NCBI GenBank assembly: GCA_040954595.2
Contig: CM082596.2
Span: 9,134,461-9,198,460 of the forward strand
Source: Balanoglossus misakiensis
Lineage: Eukaryota; Animalia; Hemichordata
Length of the DNA stretch: 64,000 nucleotides
Reading direction: 5' to 3'
Positions 23,801 to 37,269 of the stretch are shown piece by piece (position 1 is the stretch's first letter; the number at the start of each line of letters is the position of its first letter). Under the pieces are notes generated by a model. The model was not told the DNA's origin and made no database searches. It saw only the letters and a program-made list of their open reading frames with translations. Position numbers and translations under genes: made by a program.

Positions 23801-26800
23801 TAATTTGTGAAAAATAGTGTTCTCAAGAATCTGTCATTGGTTCATTGAATCAGTGTAATTAAAGTTTTACCGTTTTCAAGAATGATGATGATGATGATGG
23901 TGATGGTGATGATGATTTGTATGTTTTAATGAGTTATGTTTAATAGTGAATGGTATCTTAGCAGTACGTATGCTGCAAATTTGCAAATTGTGTTTTCAGT
24001 ATGTGATAAATTGTTACTGAATTAATTGGTGTACTTCACAGAACCAGCATATGCACAAGATGTCCCTCCCATGATGCACCGCTCATTTTTGAGTAGATTT
24101 GCAAAAACATTCGGCAGTTCATCAAGAGTAGATCAACATTGGCAGGACAGTCAAGGTAATGTGTTATTTTAAAGAATGCAATGACATGAACTGTTAAGCC
24201 TTCTTAACTGATGGATGGGTGGTTTCGAATGACAATTTATCCAATCCCTCTATTATACTCTTAACTACCAATCAACGTTTGAGTCTAGATAAAGCAAGGG
24301 AGATTGTAGCACATCTTGAAACTGATGGATAGGTGCCACACATTGTATACACATGACAAGAATTGGATATCCAGAAGACTTGTAAAGGAATATATGGATA
24401 AAAATTAATATACAATTACGTCATATGTTTTATACTATTAATATCATGATTTCCTTTTCAGTGTCTCCTTCCATTTCGAGCACTGGAAATGTGTACCGCA
24501 CAGCTGAAGGAAAAACTGTCAAATTGGTGAAAGGAAATCTTGTCACTGAACAGGTACGTGTGGACTAATTGTTGTACATAGAAATCATGTGTTACTGTAA
24601 TAACTATCTGGCCTCCCCCATAGTGCTGAAATAGTGAAATTAAAAACTGTGAAGTGGGATGTTGGAACATTGAAATTTGTAAATTGGAATACTAGTAGTG
24701 GAAAGGGAATTAAAGAAATTATGAAAGTTCAATTGATGTGCTGATATAGATAGAGTACTTACCGTCGCTTCCGGTATGTATCTATTGAACAAAATTTTTC
24801 TTAGCCTGCTTGATGATAGCCAGGGTCAAACAGCATTAAAAACTTCAAACAGAATAGAACCAACTTTACAGCAATTACTTAATCCAATTTACATGTACCG
24901 TACATTTGTACATGTATCTCTTTTCAGGTTGACGCGATTGTGAACACAATTCAAACCTCGTGTTCACTGAACAATGGAATAATATCACAGACTATACTCA
25001 AAGCTGCTGGACAACAACTACAGACGGAGATCAACCAGAATAAACCAAAGGCTGTGAAAGAAGGGGACATGATTGCCACTGGAGGTGCTAACTTGAAATG
25101 CAAAAAGGTGTATCACTTGTGTGTGTTGGGAACCCACTGGGATGGAGGCACTATATGCATTCCAGTAAGTTGCCGTTCTTGTTTACATGTAAATGCCCGC
25201 TATCTATAACTTTTAGGTAATTTTTCAGTGTTTTTTTTCCAGTGTATCAACCCGTGGCTTCTTGTTGGACTCCTTCAGGCAGAGTTGACTATGATGTGTT
25301 GATCATCTCAACATATCCCATGTGTGCTAATTAGTGGACTTCGTTAAATACATGTATTTAAAAATTCAACAAAAACGTTAATGATCAGCACACATGATCA
25401 GCACACATTTGATGGGGTGGGGGACACATATTCAGGAGGGTGCAGAAATAATATAATGAACAACCTTTGTGTACATTTGCGCATCTATCTCCCCTCAAAT
25501 TTTGATAGGCGGATAATTGAATCATACTAAATGTGTAAATCTTGCTGTCCCTTACATACAACTTCAAACAATTCTCCTTGAACATTTAGAAAATGTACAA
25601 TACACCATTTGGTGTCTGTTTGTTTGATTCGAACCTTTTCTTGTGCATAGTTAATTCGTGGTGTCATCAAGAAATGTCTGGATGCAGCTGATGGGGACAA
25701 AATCTCATCCATAGCCATTCCAGCCATTGGAACCGGCGCTCTGAAATATCCCAGCAACACCGTGGCTAAAATAATGTACAAAGAATCCATTAAGTTCAGC
25801 GCAAGTAACCCGAAAAGCTCTGTGACTGATATAAGATTTGTGGTGTATGACCAAAATTTAAGTGCTTGTAAAGTAAGTCTCATCTTTTGTCTGCTCCATG
25901 AGCAATTACGTCTTTCATCTGAATGCAAAGTGCTCGCACTTGACTGCATAAAGAACGCAGCCCTTTCCTGATGAATTGCCCAGCTGTAAAGCCATACATA
26001 CACTAGCTAGCTAGCTGTACATACAAAGAAAATGACACAATTAGTAAACATGAATGTCTGATTTGTATGGAATTCAATAGGCATTTGAGGATGAAATGAA
26101 AAAGTTGCCAGTCTTACCAAGCCTATCAATGAAGACACCAAAACCCACAACACTGACCCTGCCGAGTGCAGAAAGTTCAACAACTATCAAGGCAAAGAAA
26201 CGACATGGTAAGGGTAAGTACTGTTCGCTACACTGTAGTGCTACCAGTATGTACCTCCCTGACTTCATTTGACAATCTATACTATTCAGTTCGCACAGAA
26301 AATAAATATTCAATGTAAAGCTCTCAATATCTAGGCTTACCAGCTTTCATGGGATTTCATATCACATAGTTTGCAGATAAAAGTTCCAAGGGGGATGATC
26401 ACAAATACGAAGGGCAAGCCGGTGATATATTAATAAACTTTACCATCCTAATGTGCAGAATCAAAGAAATCACCGTTCAGAAATCTACAGGAAGACAGAA
26501 ACCAAATGATGATTGGTGAAATCTGCGTACAAGTCATACAAGGAGACATCACAAAAGAGACAACAGATGCCATCGTTAACAGCAGCAATCCAGATCTTGA
26601 TCTCAATCGAGGTAAGGTGTCTCGATCTTCATCTTGTAATACCGTATATTCTCACAAATAAGCGCCACTTTTTAACCATTTCAAATTTTGGTGGCGCCTA
26701 AACAAAGGCAGAAATGAGTCTTTCAAGAACCGGTGGCGCTTATTCATGGGTCGCCCTGTATACTGTACCCTGTTGATTCATATGCAAATGTTTGGGACGT

Positions 26801-29800
26801 TCCAATCTCTGTTCTCGTAAGGGGGTGTCCGCAGTGAATGAATGGCTGTTTCAAATTCAAACGTAAAGTTTTAACATTTTCTATTCAAATACAGTCAGTT
26901 CAATGTATTGTCTAATAAATATTCCAGAAATAAAAAGTTGTCAACGAAGTGAATACTACGAGCAGCATTACAGTATGCTGGCTGAACCATCAACAAAATC
27001 TACTGACGTATAGTGGTTTAGTCCAAGTGCGTCTTTGTCATGCTCCCACACGTGTAAGGTCAGGCGAGGAGGTTGCGTGAATACTAGTACTCAGGTTGCG
27101 TGAATATTCATGAGAAAATTAATACCGCAAACATTCACAACTTGAAACTAGTCCTATTATTTCAAAGCCCTGGCCATATGGTCAAACTTGGGTGGTAGTG
27201 CCGGTAACGTAAGCGGCTGCCGATCGATCGACAGGAAAAAGACGAGTGTCTAGACGCCCGGCACCTGTGTCTTTTGCAGTGAATAATAATTTACATAAAT
27301 TAGGAGGTTGACATGTGCCCGATTTCATCTTGTAAATAAATAGCACATTATCCCAAAGCACAGCCAGAACGCAACACCTTCATTAGCATATTATCGCCTA
27401 TCCAGATCAGGACCGTTACATTTTGAATGGCCGCTCACAGACCGTTTTTTTGAGGCATTTTCAACTTGCCGTAACTTTCGCTAGAGTGCATTATTTTAGA
27501 TCATGTAAAAGCGAAAACCTCTCCTGACATGTCTTCTTTCGTGCTATCCAAATGGATTTTAGAATTATTTACTGAAATATTGATATTATGGCGATTTTCC
27601 GAAGGTTACTTTAGCGGTCGAAAATATGGTCCAGTTTTTCGCTTCCAGTATCCATAATATGCACCGGAAAGTTTACAGATTTCAGGGTAATGTGGGTTTT
27701 TGTACACTTTAAATGACCGTGTAAAAAAATTTGGTAAAGATACAAGTGCAACGGTCAGTTCAAGAATTTTCGCTAAAAACGGGCGATTTTACCCGGAAGT
27801 CGTCACATGACCTACGTGACCCGAGGTTTCCCGGCCGCTGATGTAAACACTAGTAAATACGCAATTATCCCAGTTGCTGATTGCAGTCTCTGTTTAACGC
27901 GATTGTGGAGTTGAAAGAACCGGACTGATTTTTTAGAAACGTTTGTGTTGTCGCTCAATAATGTTTTTCTTTTTGTGAAGCACCACATTCGACGAAATCT
28001 GTATTTTATTCTTCCAAAGGCTGTGGTGTGGAGGCATCGCAGGGTTACGCTGCGCCGTAAGCGGACACACAGCCCTGCAATTCATACACGCAGCCGCCAG
28101 TGCTAACGTAGTTTAGGCAGATCTCGATGATCATCGATAATTTTCAAGAATAAAAGGTAGTCTTACTAGCCGATATATAATGAACTCATTTCCAAAGTGT
28201 GCATTTATCAACACTACATGTACATGTGGGACGTAAACAATATACACACATTCTGCACTGAACGCTCGAGGCTAGTTATACTTTGCGAAACAACGAAACA
28301 GCGAAACGACGAAACCATTATTAAAATAGGGGCCAGTCATCAAGACGGTGGCGTATGATTTTTTTTAAAGTTTCCAAATTAAAACGTAAGCGAGCCAAGA
28401 AAACTACAGGTCAGTTAAATTGTTTTCTCGGAAATTCAACATTAGAATTTGGCGTTGGAAACAAACGGCGGGTCGCCAGTTCCTGGTCTGGGGCCTGGTA
28501 CTATGTAGTGGAAGAGTCGACGTCGTGTGCGCGCAAACGATTCATGCCAAACTGCTACATATACACAGTGAATATACGCGCGCGCACAACGAAACCACAA
28601 AAGATCGAAACCTCAAAATGCGGCAGCAACTGACACTATTTCCTTAAATACCACAAGGCGGGGAGGCATGAATTGCAATTAAGATAATAAAGAAATTTCG
28701 ACAATGATACTGTGTTGTGTGAGTTACATGTGTTTCTATATATAACTACTACTCTTACCCCCCATCAGTGTTTGACCCTCGAAAGATTACGGACACTACT
28801 GCTTTGTTTCAACTAATCCTTAGCCCTGTGAATATACTCGTACATTGACCTTTTGGGGCGGGATTCTTTTTTGGCGCGCAACCACTAGTACCAGGCCGCA
28901 GACCAGGAACTTTATTTGGAAACTTTTAAAATAATAATACGCCACCGTCTTGATGACTTGCCCCTATTTTAATAATGGTTTCGTCGTTTCGCTGTTTCGT
29001 TTCGCTGTTTCGTTGTTTCGCAAAGTATAACTAGCCACGCTCGACAATGGGTTACGCTGTGAACTCCCGCCATTTCCCACTTAAAACGATCTCATCACAG
29101 CAAAAAGTAAACAAATTAAAACCGTTATAACTTCGTTAATATGCCCCGGAAAGTATACAAACTTCACTGTAAGAAGGGCCAATGTCTATATTTTATAAAT
29201 ATGTCATCAGATTTCTACAAAAAGTTGGTGCAACAGTCCGTTCAAGAATTTAGCGAGGCATGTTTCCAAAACGTGAATTTTCATTACTCTGTACTTTTCG
29301 TTATTTCTCTGCAACTACTGCATTAATCGTCAAAAATACTCCTTGAGATATAGTTCGATATATGTACTATCAAATAAATCCAACAAAAATACTCAGAACG
29401 ATCGCCATTAATAGCGGTTGATGACCAAAGTTGGGGAAAAAAATGACCCAATTCAGACACCCTTTTCGGGGCTCAGTGTAACGGTCTCGTTTTTCGAATC
29501 AGATTTCGCATTTGCATATGTTAATGAAGGCGTTGCGTTCTGGCTGAGCATGCATTGTCTGCTCAGGTCAATTATTATTCACGCAGCAAGCCCCCGTTGA
29601 TTTTGACAAGACCCCTAAACAGGTGTTACCTCGGTAGTACTTGCCATGATTCACGTACGTCCACACACCTCAAAAAAAAAAAAAAAAAAAAATCCTGGCG
29701 CTTAATTTTAAGTAAAAAGTAGCAAAGTCAGGTATCACTGGCGCCTAATCAAGGGTGGCGCTTATTTGTGAGAATATACGGTATTCAAGAAATCGTAGAA

Positions 29801-32800
29801 GCTTGCTACTTGAAATGTTTAAATAGAAGCTTAATATCTCCTTCACTTTGTATCATCTCTATTGTAGTTTTCAAGAAGATTTCTACTTTGTGGAGCATGA
29901 TGAATTAACTTAAAACACTAAGTTTTGCCTAATTTAAAGGTATACAGTCACCTCCAATTTACATATGCCCATATATGGCTGAAATAGCGTATTTGAGCGT
30001 TCTAAAGAACATGTGGTGGCGCTCTTTTTTTTTTCGCGTGTGCCACCAACTAAAAATCTGTGATTGGCTAGCTCTCAGTTTGCCATGGTAACTGTAGCTA
30101 TTTTTGCATAGGTGACCGTATACCTTTAATATGTTATGTGTAGGAGGTGGTGTACAGACGGCTATCCTAAGAGCTGGTGGGGACGCAGTTGATACAGCTT
30201 GCAAAAATTATGGTAAGTGCTTGTATAATGATCATATTCATTGATACAATCCTCTGTACCAGTGTGCCATGAACGGCACATTTGTCTCAAAGTTAAATTC
30301 CATTTCCATGGACCCCCAGAAAGAAGTTTACCACTGCAGAAAGCAACAAAAGACAATAAAGGCATAATAACACAAATGACAGAGATATCGCTGCATGTGT
30401 AAGTGACATTAAAAGCGTCAAACCCTATATGTGACTGATTTCATTACAGTAAAACAAAATGGTCAAGTCAAGTCAGGTAGTGTGGCAAGAACAAATCCAG
30501 GAAAACTTCAGTGCAAAGGGATTGTCCATATAGTGATGGAGCCTGGGAACTTTGAGAGTGCGTTTTTAGCAATGCTGAAATTCGCTGATAGTCAACGCAT
30601 GACATCTTTGTCTATGCCATTGTTAGGAACAGGTAAGAAATAAATATATATATATATATATGAAACATATAAAGAAAGTAATTGTAAAATAAAGAAATGT
30701 TCAACAATCATGCTTATTTGTATTATAAATTACCATCTTCGTTGAATGGTTAAACAAGTAACACATTTTTAATTAATTTTGAGTTTCTAATCTTCCTGAC
30801 TTTTAATAATCTTTTATTTCCCAGGTGCGCACAAACTAAAACCCAAAGATGCTTCCCTGACGATTCTGCAGACAATTGGAAAGTTCACCGCTGAGTGTAA
30901 GCCAAGTTCATTACGACTTATTCGAGTGGTAATCTTCCAAGCGGAAATGGTAGCTGATTTTCAGCAGACATTCCAGGATGTTTTAGAGAAGCCCATGAAG
31001 TCTGATGCATCGTTTTTCAAGAAAGTGGCCAGTAAGTTATAACTTTTACTTGTGTCAAATTTTATCGCTTGAAAGTTTTATTAGCTCATATGTCATACCA
31101 GTGTCTATCTGTTTGTTTTGTTTTTAAGTACATTTATTTATTTACTTATCTATTAATTCATTGAAATAAAGCAACATATACGGTACATGTATGTATGTCA
31201 GTCAGTCATTCTACCGGTATTTGTTTGGTTGTTTTTTGTTTGTCTGTCTGTCTGTTAGACAGTAGGTCAGTCTGTCTGTATGATTTCTCACAGATCTGAT
31301 TCTACTGGGAAATAGTCAGCAGTGTCATGTTACTAATAATAAACCACCACACCAGTTTGCATATTTAAAAGATTTGTGAACAAAATCTGAACTTGCCTGA
31401 GGAAAAAATTTCATAATGACGAGACTCTTGCAGTGACAGATAGTAATGGGACTCGCAGCTGTTTATTTCTAACTTTTAATTTTATCAAACTACTTGGCAA
31501 TTTTTAGTACATATCTGTCTTTTACACTATTCATTATTCCAATTTTAACTTAGGAAAAGTGCGGAAGACGTTTGCAGGTGAGACGTTGGTTGGCAGTAAC
31601 ATCAACAAGCCTTTTCATACTCTTATTTTCACTGTTTATGGTGAGGTGAAAACAGATGTTGAAAATGCCATTAAGAGTATGGAGACAATTGTAAAAGAAG
31701 AAAGCTCTGAATCGGTGAGGAACTACAGGGGCGCGTTCGATTTGCACGATCATGATTGTGATTGGCCAATCGTGATCGTGATTGTGCGTTCGAATACGCC
31801 CAATCATAATCATGATTAACAATCATGCCTCCGAGCGTGATTGTTGTGATTACACACACACAAAAATGGCGGACGACGCAGCAGCCGGTACCGCGCACCG
31901 AAGCGGCGGTAATTTTAAAACTCCCAAGAGCAGAGTTTGACTTGTATTGCGATATATTTAGGCGAGGCAAGTTGTTAGACGCAAGTTGAATTATAAGTGC
32001 TATATTTTATTTATATTATACTTTGTTTTTACCATGGATCAAAAAAAAAAAGTGTAAGCGGTCTGCCTATCGTATTCTACTGTACTGGGTTTAGGGAGAG
32101 TTCGCTCGGTAATTTCGATAACTGTTTTGTTTGTCAGTTTGTTTTTGTATAACAAAAAATGAGTATTTTCAAACATTTTAATCGTAAAAGTACGCACCGA
32201 CGCTGATGGCAGCCATTACATGTAAACATGATTACGCTATTCCGTTTTGTTTACAGCCTCACTTTCAACAATGACGTCACGCCAATCACAATCATGATCG
32301 TGCAAATTGAATGCGCCCAGGTCTTTTAATTTGACACAAACACGGCATACACCTTTTTCAAAAGTCTAGCGCCCTCGTGCAGCCACCATGAATTTGTACT
32401 GAAGGCAAAGCCAATGGGGAAAAGTTGACCAATCACGTCATGGGTGAATCTCCATTGGCCTCGCTTTGAGTTGGCGCTAGATATATGAAAAGGGTGTATT
32501 CAGACATTAAGAATTTCTGTATTTTATTCCTTTCAGAAAAAGGTCTGACTGCTTTGTGAAAATTTATTTTTAAAAAGTACTCACTTTGTGCAAATTTATA
32601 AAAATGTACTCATTGTAGAGCCATGTTCATTTGAAACTTATTTTGGATTGAATTCTTCTGTTTTCTGCAGGTTATAGAAAAGGACATTATCAAAAAGATA
32701 TCAATTGAACAGATGGGTGGTATCCTCCAGTATGCGAAATCTCTCGATGTAGGTATCACTTTCTGATTTACATGTATTAAAGGCACGTAAGCTGTAACTT

Positions 32801-35800
32801 TTGGAATAATTTTCATAATTTTTGTTTCAAACTGCACTACCATTAGTCCATGCAGATGAAGGCAGTGAACTATACACAAGCATTATAAACCCTAAATATG
32901 GGTGCATATGCAAGTTTTAACCAGATAAATAATAAAGCTTTGCCGCAAGCGATTATGGCCGCAACCATGGGAAAATGCAAGAAACAATGAAAACGTTGCA
33001 TTTCCGGTTGTGAAACTTCATAAACAAAACATGATCTCATCCACTTGAGCTTATGGAAGTAAATGTACACCACTGAGACATCAGATTTTCATTTTTCATT
33101 GCAATATTGCACTTTTTTTAAAATTGCAGGAATTTTCGTTTTTCTTTAATTTTTGGCCATTTTGTCATAAATAAGTGTTGAGCTTGATATATTATCATGA
33201 AATATCATTTAATAGACATAATTAAAAGCATATATGAGATTATTTAAAACTTTAAGTTTTTTATCCAGTTGCAGCTTACGTGCCTTTAACTATTGCTGTA
33301 TGATGGCATAAGAGACTTGACCATCATTTACGAAACTGAGATACCATTTGTAAGTGTCGCGAGTAGAAATATAATTTCAGCAGTTGTGATTATTAATGAT
33401 GGATATTTTGCTAAAGACGCATCTTAAAGCTTATGGGCTTTCTGTAAAGGAAAGTTGGAACTGTAGTGTGCACAGTTATTGACAGTTGTTTTGTTTATAT
33501 ATTGTTATGGGGAGATTTGATGAAAATATGCAAGAAGAAAGACCGAAAGGTTGTTCGTGAAAAATGATAATCAGTACAATTGAATGCAAATGTGTCATAA
33601 GGCTGCAGAAAACAGTTCACATAAACTAAACATAGGACACTTTCATGACCCTGACCCCACATCATGGTACAATGCAAGATTCGCTACATGAACAGTGACA
33701 ACCAAACATGAAAATAAATTAAAATGGCAATTCAGTTGAGAATTCGGCATACTGTTGGCCCTTGAAGAGTTTTGAATCAAAATAGTGGAGTTAAAGCAAC
33801 GAAAATGCCAGGATGTAAGATCACGTAGGGGTCATAAAAGTGGCCCATGTGTTATGCACATTATAACCTGCATACACATTGTGTAATTGCAGGTTGAAGT
33901 TGAACACAGTAAAAGAGGCGGAAAAGCTACATTAACATTACGTGGCTTAGTACAAGATGTCATGCATGTTGGCACCAAAATTCATGGGGTTTTGGAAGAT
34001 ATCAAAACAGATATGCAGGCCGAAGCTCACAGAAACTTGTTGGCAAAAGATGTCACATGGAAATATGAAGACAGTGGGCAGTTCGAAAAATATGATGAGA
34101 ATGTAAATGGAATCATAGAGATGGCATTCCACAAGGGTAAACCAAATGTTGTCTTCGATGTGGATGGACAGAAGTATCGCATTGACTTCAAAAATATGGA
34201 AGAAAGAAGCGTGGACGATCTCAGTGTTCCACCTGCAAGAGTAAGTCGGGAATTAAAAGAAGGTAAGAGAGTTTAAGGTTAAGTGCTATGAAATCACCAA
34301 AAATTAAATGTAATGTCAATTTGATGAAACGTTCTATAATATTATACCTCTTGCAATATCAAATACAAAATAGGGCTCACCACGTCCATTTCCATGGAAA
34401 CGGAGCATGAAAGTACTCCTTAAGGACCTGAAAAATGTCCATTTGAAGTAAAAGTTCACATTAAAAGTGAAAAATAAACACTGTGCATGCATCTTCGGTA
34501 CTTAATGCATCTTCGGTACTTAAGTAAAAAATAAATTTAGAGAATGGATATTTTAAAAAGACCCGTCTTCTCAGACTTTTGACTGTCAACCATAGAACAA
34601 AAAATAATTTGATATAGATATGATGGGAAGTTGAGGAAATGAAGATTTCATGCTTATCCCAATTGCTACTTTCTACTAATGTCAAATTAATGAAATTTCA
34701 TAAAATGAAACTTAACCGCAGGCTCATTATTATACAAAATTAAAAATAGGGTGTCACCACACTATTTTTAAAGATATATCTCGATTTCTAACTCGGAGTT
34801 ACTAAATAATTCAAATATAAAATTCAAAAGCATTTTAAACACCTGTGTTGAAACAAATAAGTAGCCTAGGGGGTCGTGAGGGAGGGGGGGGGGGTCAAAG
34901 GTTCATACTGAGATAGAAGTGAAATGTCTACACAAATGCATACTCATGTAATGAGCCTATAATCTTATTTTTACAAGGCAGTATAGTGATTATTGGCTGA
35001 CCTGAAACTTAATCCTGTCATGCTAGGGAGTTAAATTGCGCAGACGCGTATGCGCAAGGGAATTCGGCATACTTAACTCATCCATCTTGGGAAAAATACA
35101 TGTATATAAGATTGTTTGAATATCTTTTTTTAATGTCAAACAAAAGTGGAGCAAAGTTTTTATTTAGGTATTTCTTTGACACTCATGGTAAACTAAAGAA
35201 CGTTGAAACTCAAAAAAAGTCATCCCAAAGACTTAATATGGAAGACACAAGGAACAACCAACTTTGGTAGACTCTGCCAAATACATGTACTGAAATCATG
35301 AAATCAGTTGGATTGAACCCTTAACAATTTTGTGACCTTTGTGATGGCTTCAGGATCATTTTGTAAATACTGCAAGATTCAGCATCATTAATTAGGCATC
35401 CACAGAAATTACTGACATATCACTGAAATGTATAGCGTTGCAGTTTAGATGTAATATTCATCACAGAGTAACATTTGCAAAACTAGGAGATACATGTAAA
35501 TTGACTGTTATTTCTAACTTGTCAAATTTTGCAGGCAGAATCAAACTTCCTGAGGAGTGGGAAAAAATGGCAGACAATATGCCAGTCAAACGAGTCACAT
35601 TGGACCCTAAATCAGGCGAGTACAAAAAAGTTGAACAACAGATGACACAATCATACAGACCTACTAGCATTATACAGGTTAGTGTCATGAAACCCTGAGT
35701 GTTTCAAAGTGGTATGTGAATGAAAACTTTGGTTACAATGCATATTAAAACCATTCAGATTACTCTGAAGAACTGAAATAAATGCATACAGCTGACGAAA

Positions 35801-36883
35801 AGTGGTACTCTATATGATTTGTGAAAATTATTGGTGGTGTACATCACCGAGTGTGAAGTAATTCACTCACAAAATTCGCAGGATTTTTGAAATCAATAAA
35901 TACGTCGACAAATCATTCAAATCACTCTTTGTAACAATGGTTTCTTAGCAGATCGCCCCCTCAAAAAGTAAATATTTCACAAAAAGGCTCGCAAGAAAAG
36001 CAAAGGAGCAAAAGGGAATCAAATTAGATTTACTTTGTCAATCAGTCAGACATTTGTCTTCTCATATGATTTTATAGCGAACCATAAGTCAGTTTATTTC
36101 TTGTTTGTAGATTGAGCGCATACAAAACCCAAAGCTGTACCGACAATACTCTGTTGAAAAACAATCTATGGAAGCCAAGAACAAGCAAGGAATGCAAAAT
36201 GAGAAGAAGCTTTTCCATGGCACAGCTGAAGAGTCCATCCAAAAGATTAATGCAACTGGATTCAACAGAAGTTTCGCCGGGACACATGGTAAATGTTGCT
36301 TATGTGCTTTGTTTGGTTTGAAATGTTTAGGAAACATTTAAGTTACATGTAAATGTATTTATAGTCTCTCTCTCTCTCTGATTTAGTCCAAAACCCGAAT
36401 GAATTAATTCTGTTTTTGCCTTGTTCATAGGTGTCAAGCCAGCACTCTACCGTAGTTTGTAGAAAATTTTAAGCTCATTACTTAGGTGCACTTTGGTTCA
36501 TAGACACTTTTTAATAGATCATTTTCAGAAATCCTGACTTGACCTGCACATGAGATCTATTTATTTATCTGATTGATTTGTTTGTTTGTTTAAATTCAGC
36601 GGCGGTTCATGGAAATGGTACGTACTTTGCAGTGAATGCATCTTATTCAGCAGGAAGCACTTATTCCAAACCAGATTCCAAGGGGTACAAGTACATATAC
36701 TTGGCTAAGGTGTTGACTGGTGAATTCACTCGTGGAAAGAGAGGACTTCTTGTTCCTCCAGCCAAAGGCAGCGACCCAACCGATTGCTATGACAGCGTTG
36801 TTGACAACACGACAACTCCAAGCATGTATATTGTGTTCAATGATGCCATGGCTTATCCAGAATATCTGATTACCTTCAATTAG
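14862..36883 (+). CDS. PARP14: PARP14-like mono-ADP-ribosyltransferase (IDR, 3 RRM-like, KH-like region, 3 macrodomains, KH-like, WWE, ART), ~2370 aa
   Basis: Phase-consistent GT-AG exons: 14862-14897, 16178-17720, 18189-18362, 18637-18885, 19126-19362, 19623-21191, 22093-22265, 22711-22944, 23295-23516, 23625-23682, 24042-24155, 24462-24553, 24928-25164, 25651-25872, 26081-26207 (or 26213), 26459-26611, 30144-30212, 30450-30632, 30825-31031, 31554-31714, 32671-32748, 33893-34262, 35535-35677, 36111-36288, 36600-36883. Motifs: YFEN.KRSGGG x2, DVIVN/SIAIPAIGTG, WWE (WKYED..IEMAF..YRIDF), LFHGT, GTYFA, YDSVVD, YPEYLI. The first exon is the least certain. The symbol means family-like, not proven orthology. 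Confidence 0.9.
15726..16091. mobile_element. TTAA-flanked MITE family A (Kolobok-like), copy 1
   Basis: TTAA|GGATGTACGC...GCGTACTTCC|(T)TTAA; homologous to 38502-38891 and 59375-59746. Confidence 0.75.
21536..22013. mobile_element. TTAA-flanked MITE family B (Kolobok-like), copy 1
   Basis: TTAA|AGGTACATGAGCTGCAACT...AGTTGCAGCTTATGTACCT|TTAA; an inverted near-copy lies at 32781-33285. Confidence 0.8.
26642..29781. mobile_element. Non-autonomous Tc1/mariner(pogo)-like element with nested insertions
   Basis: TA|CCGTATATTCTCACAAATAAGCGCCA...TGGCGCTTATTTGTGAGAATATACGG|TA: perfect 26-bp TIR with TA duplication. Confidence 0.85.
28270..29036. mobile_element. MITE with long TIRs and 8-bp TSD (Merlin- or MULE-like)
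   Basis: ACGCTCGA|GGCTAGTTATACTTTGCGAAACAACGAAAC...GTTTCGCAAAGTATAACTAGCC|ACGCTCGA. The inverted homology extends about 90 bp or more. Confidence 0.85.
31729..32318. mobile_element. MITE, PIF/Harbinger-like ends
   Basis: GGGCGCGTTCGATTTGCACGATCATGATTGTGATTGGC...GCCAATCACAATCATGATCGTGCAAATTGAATGCGCCC. The TSD is ambiguous (CAG). Confidence 0.7.
32347..32499. mobile_element. Small inverted-repeat element
   Basis: ATACACCTTTTTCAAAAGTCTAGCGCC...GGCGCTAGATATATGAAAAGGGTGTAT. Confidence 0.55.
32781..33285. mobile_element. TTAA-flanked MITE family B, copy 2 (inverted relative to copy 1)
   Basis: TTAA|AGGCACGTAAGCTGTAACT...AGTTGCAGCTTACGTGCCT|TTAA. Spurious ORFs 32610-32879(-) and 21915-22274(+) share the same N-terminal translation. 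Confidence 0.8.
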
Positions 36884-37269
36884 TTGTGGGACTATCATAA
36901 TGATTGAAATCACAATGCCAACATCACGATCACAATGTTAGAAAAGCTGTCACTTACTGGGGGGTGGGGGGGGGGGGTTCATATTTGGATGGCAGCCATT
37001 TACAGACAAGAGATTACCGAAATATATAGAATATGATGAAAAAATGCTGACAGACATTTCGATTGAACATCTATACAGGTCGAAAATGCTAGAATGATAA
37101 ATGCTGCATCCATGGAATTCTATATTCCATGGAAATAATTCTAATTGCTCATATGAAATCATTCAACTTCACAAGAAAGTGCTGTCGGTTCTGAAGTGTC
37201 TGTAATGGCTACATGAACTGCATATGAGTGACACAAATTGCACGGTTAATCATTTATTTCAACAACCTA

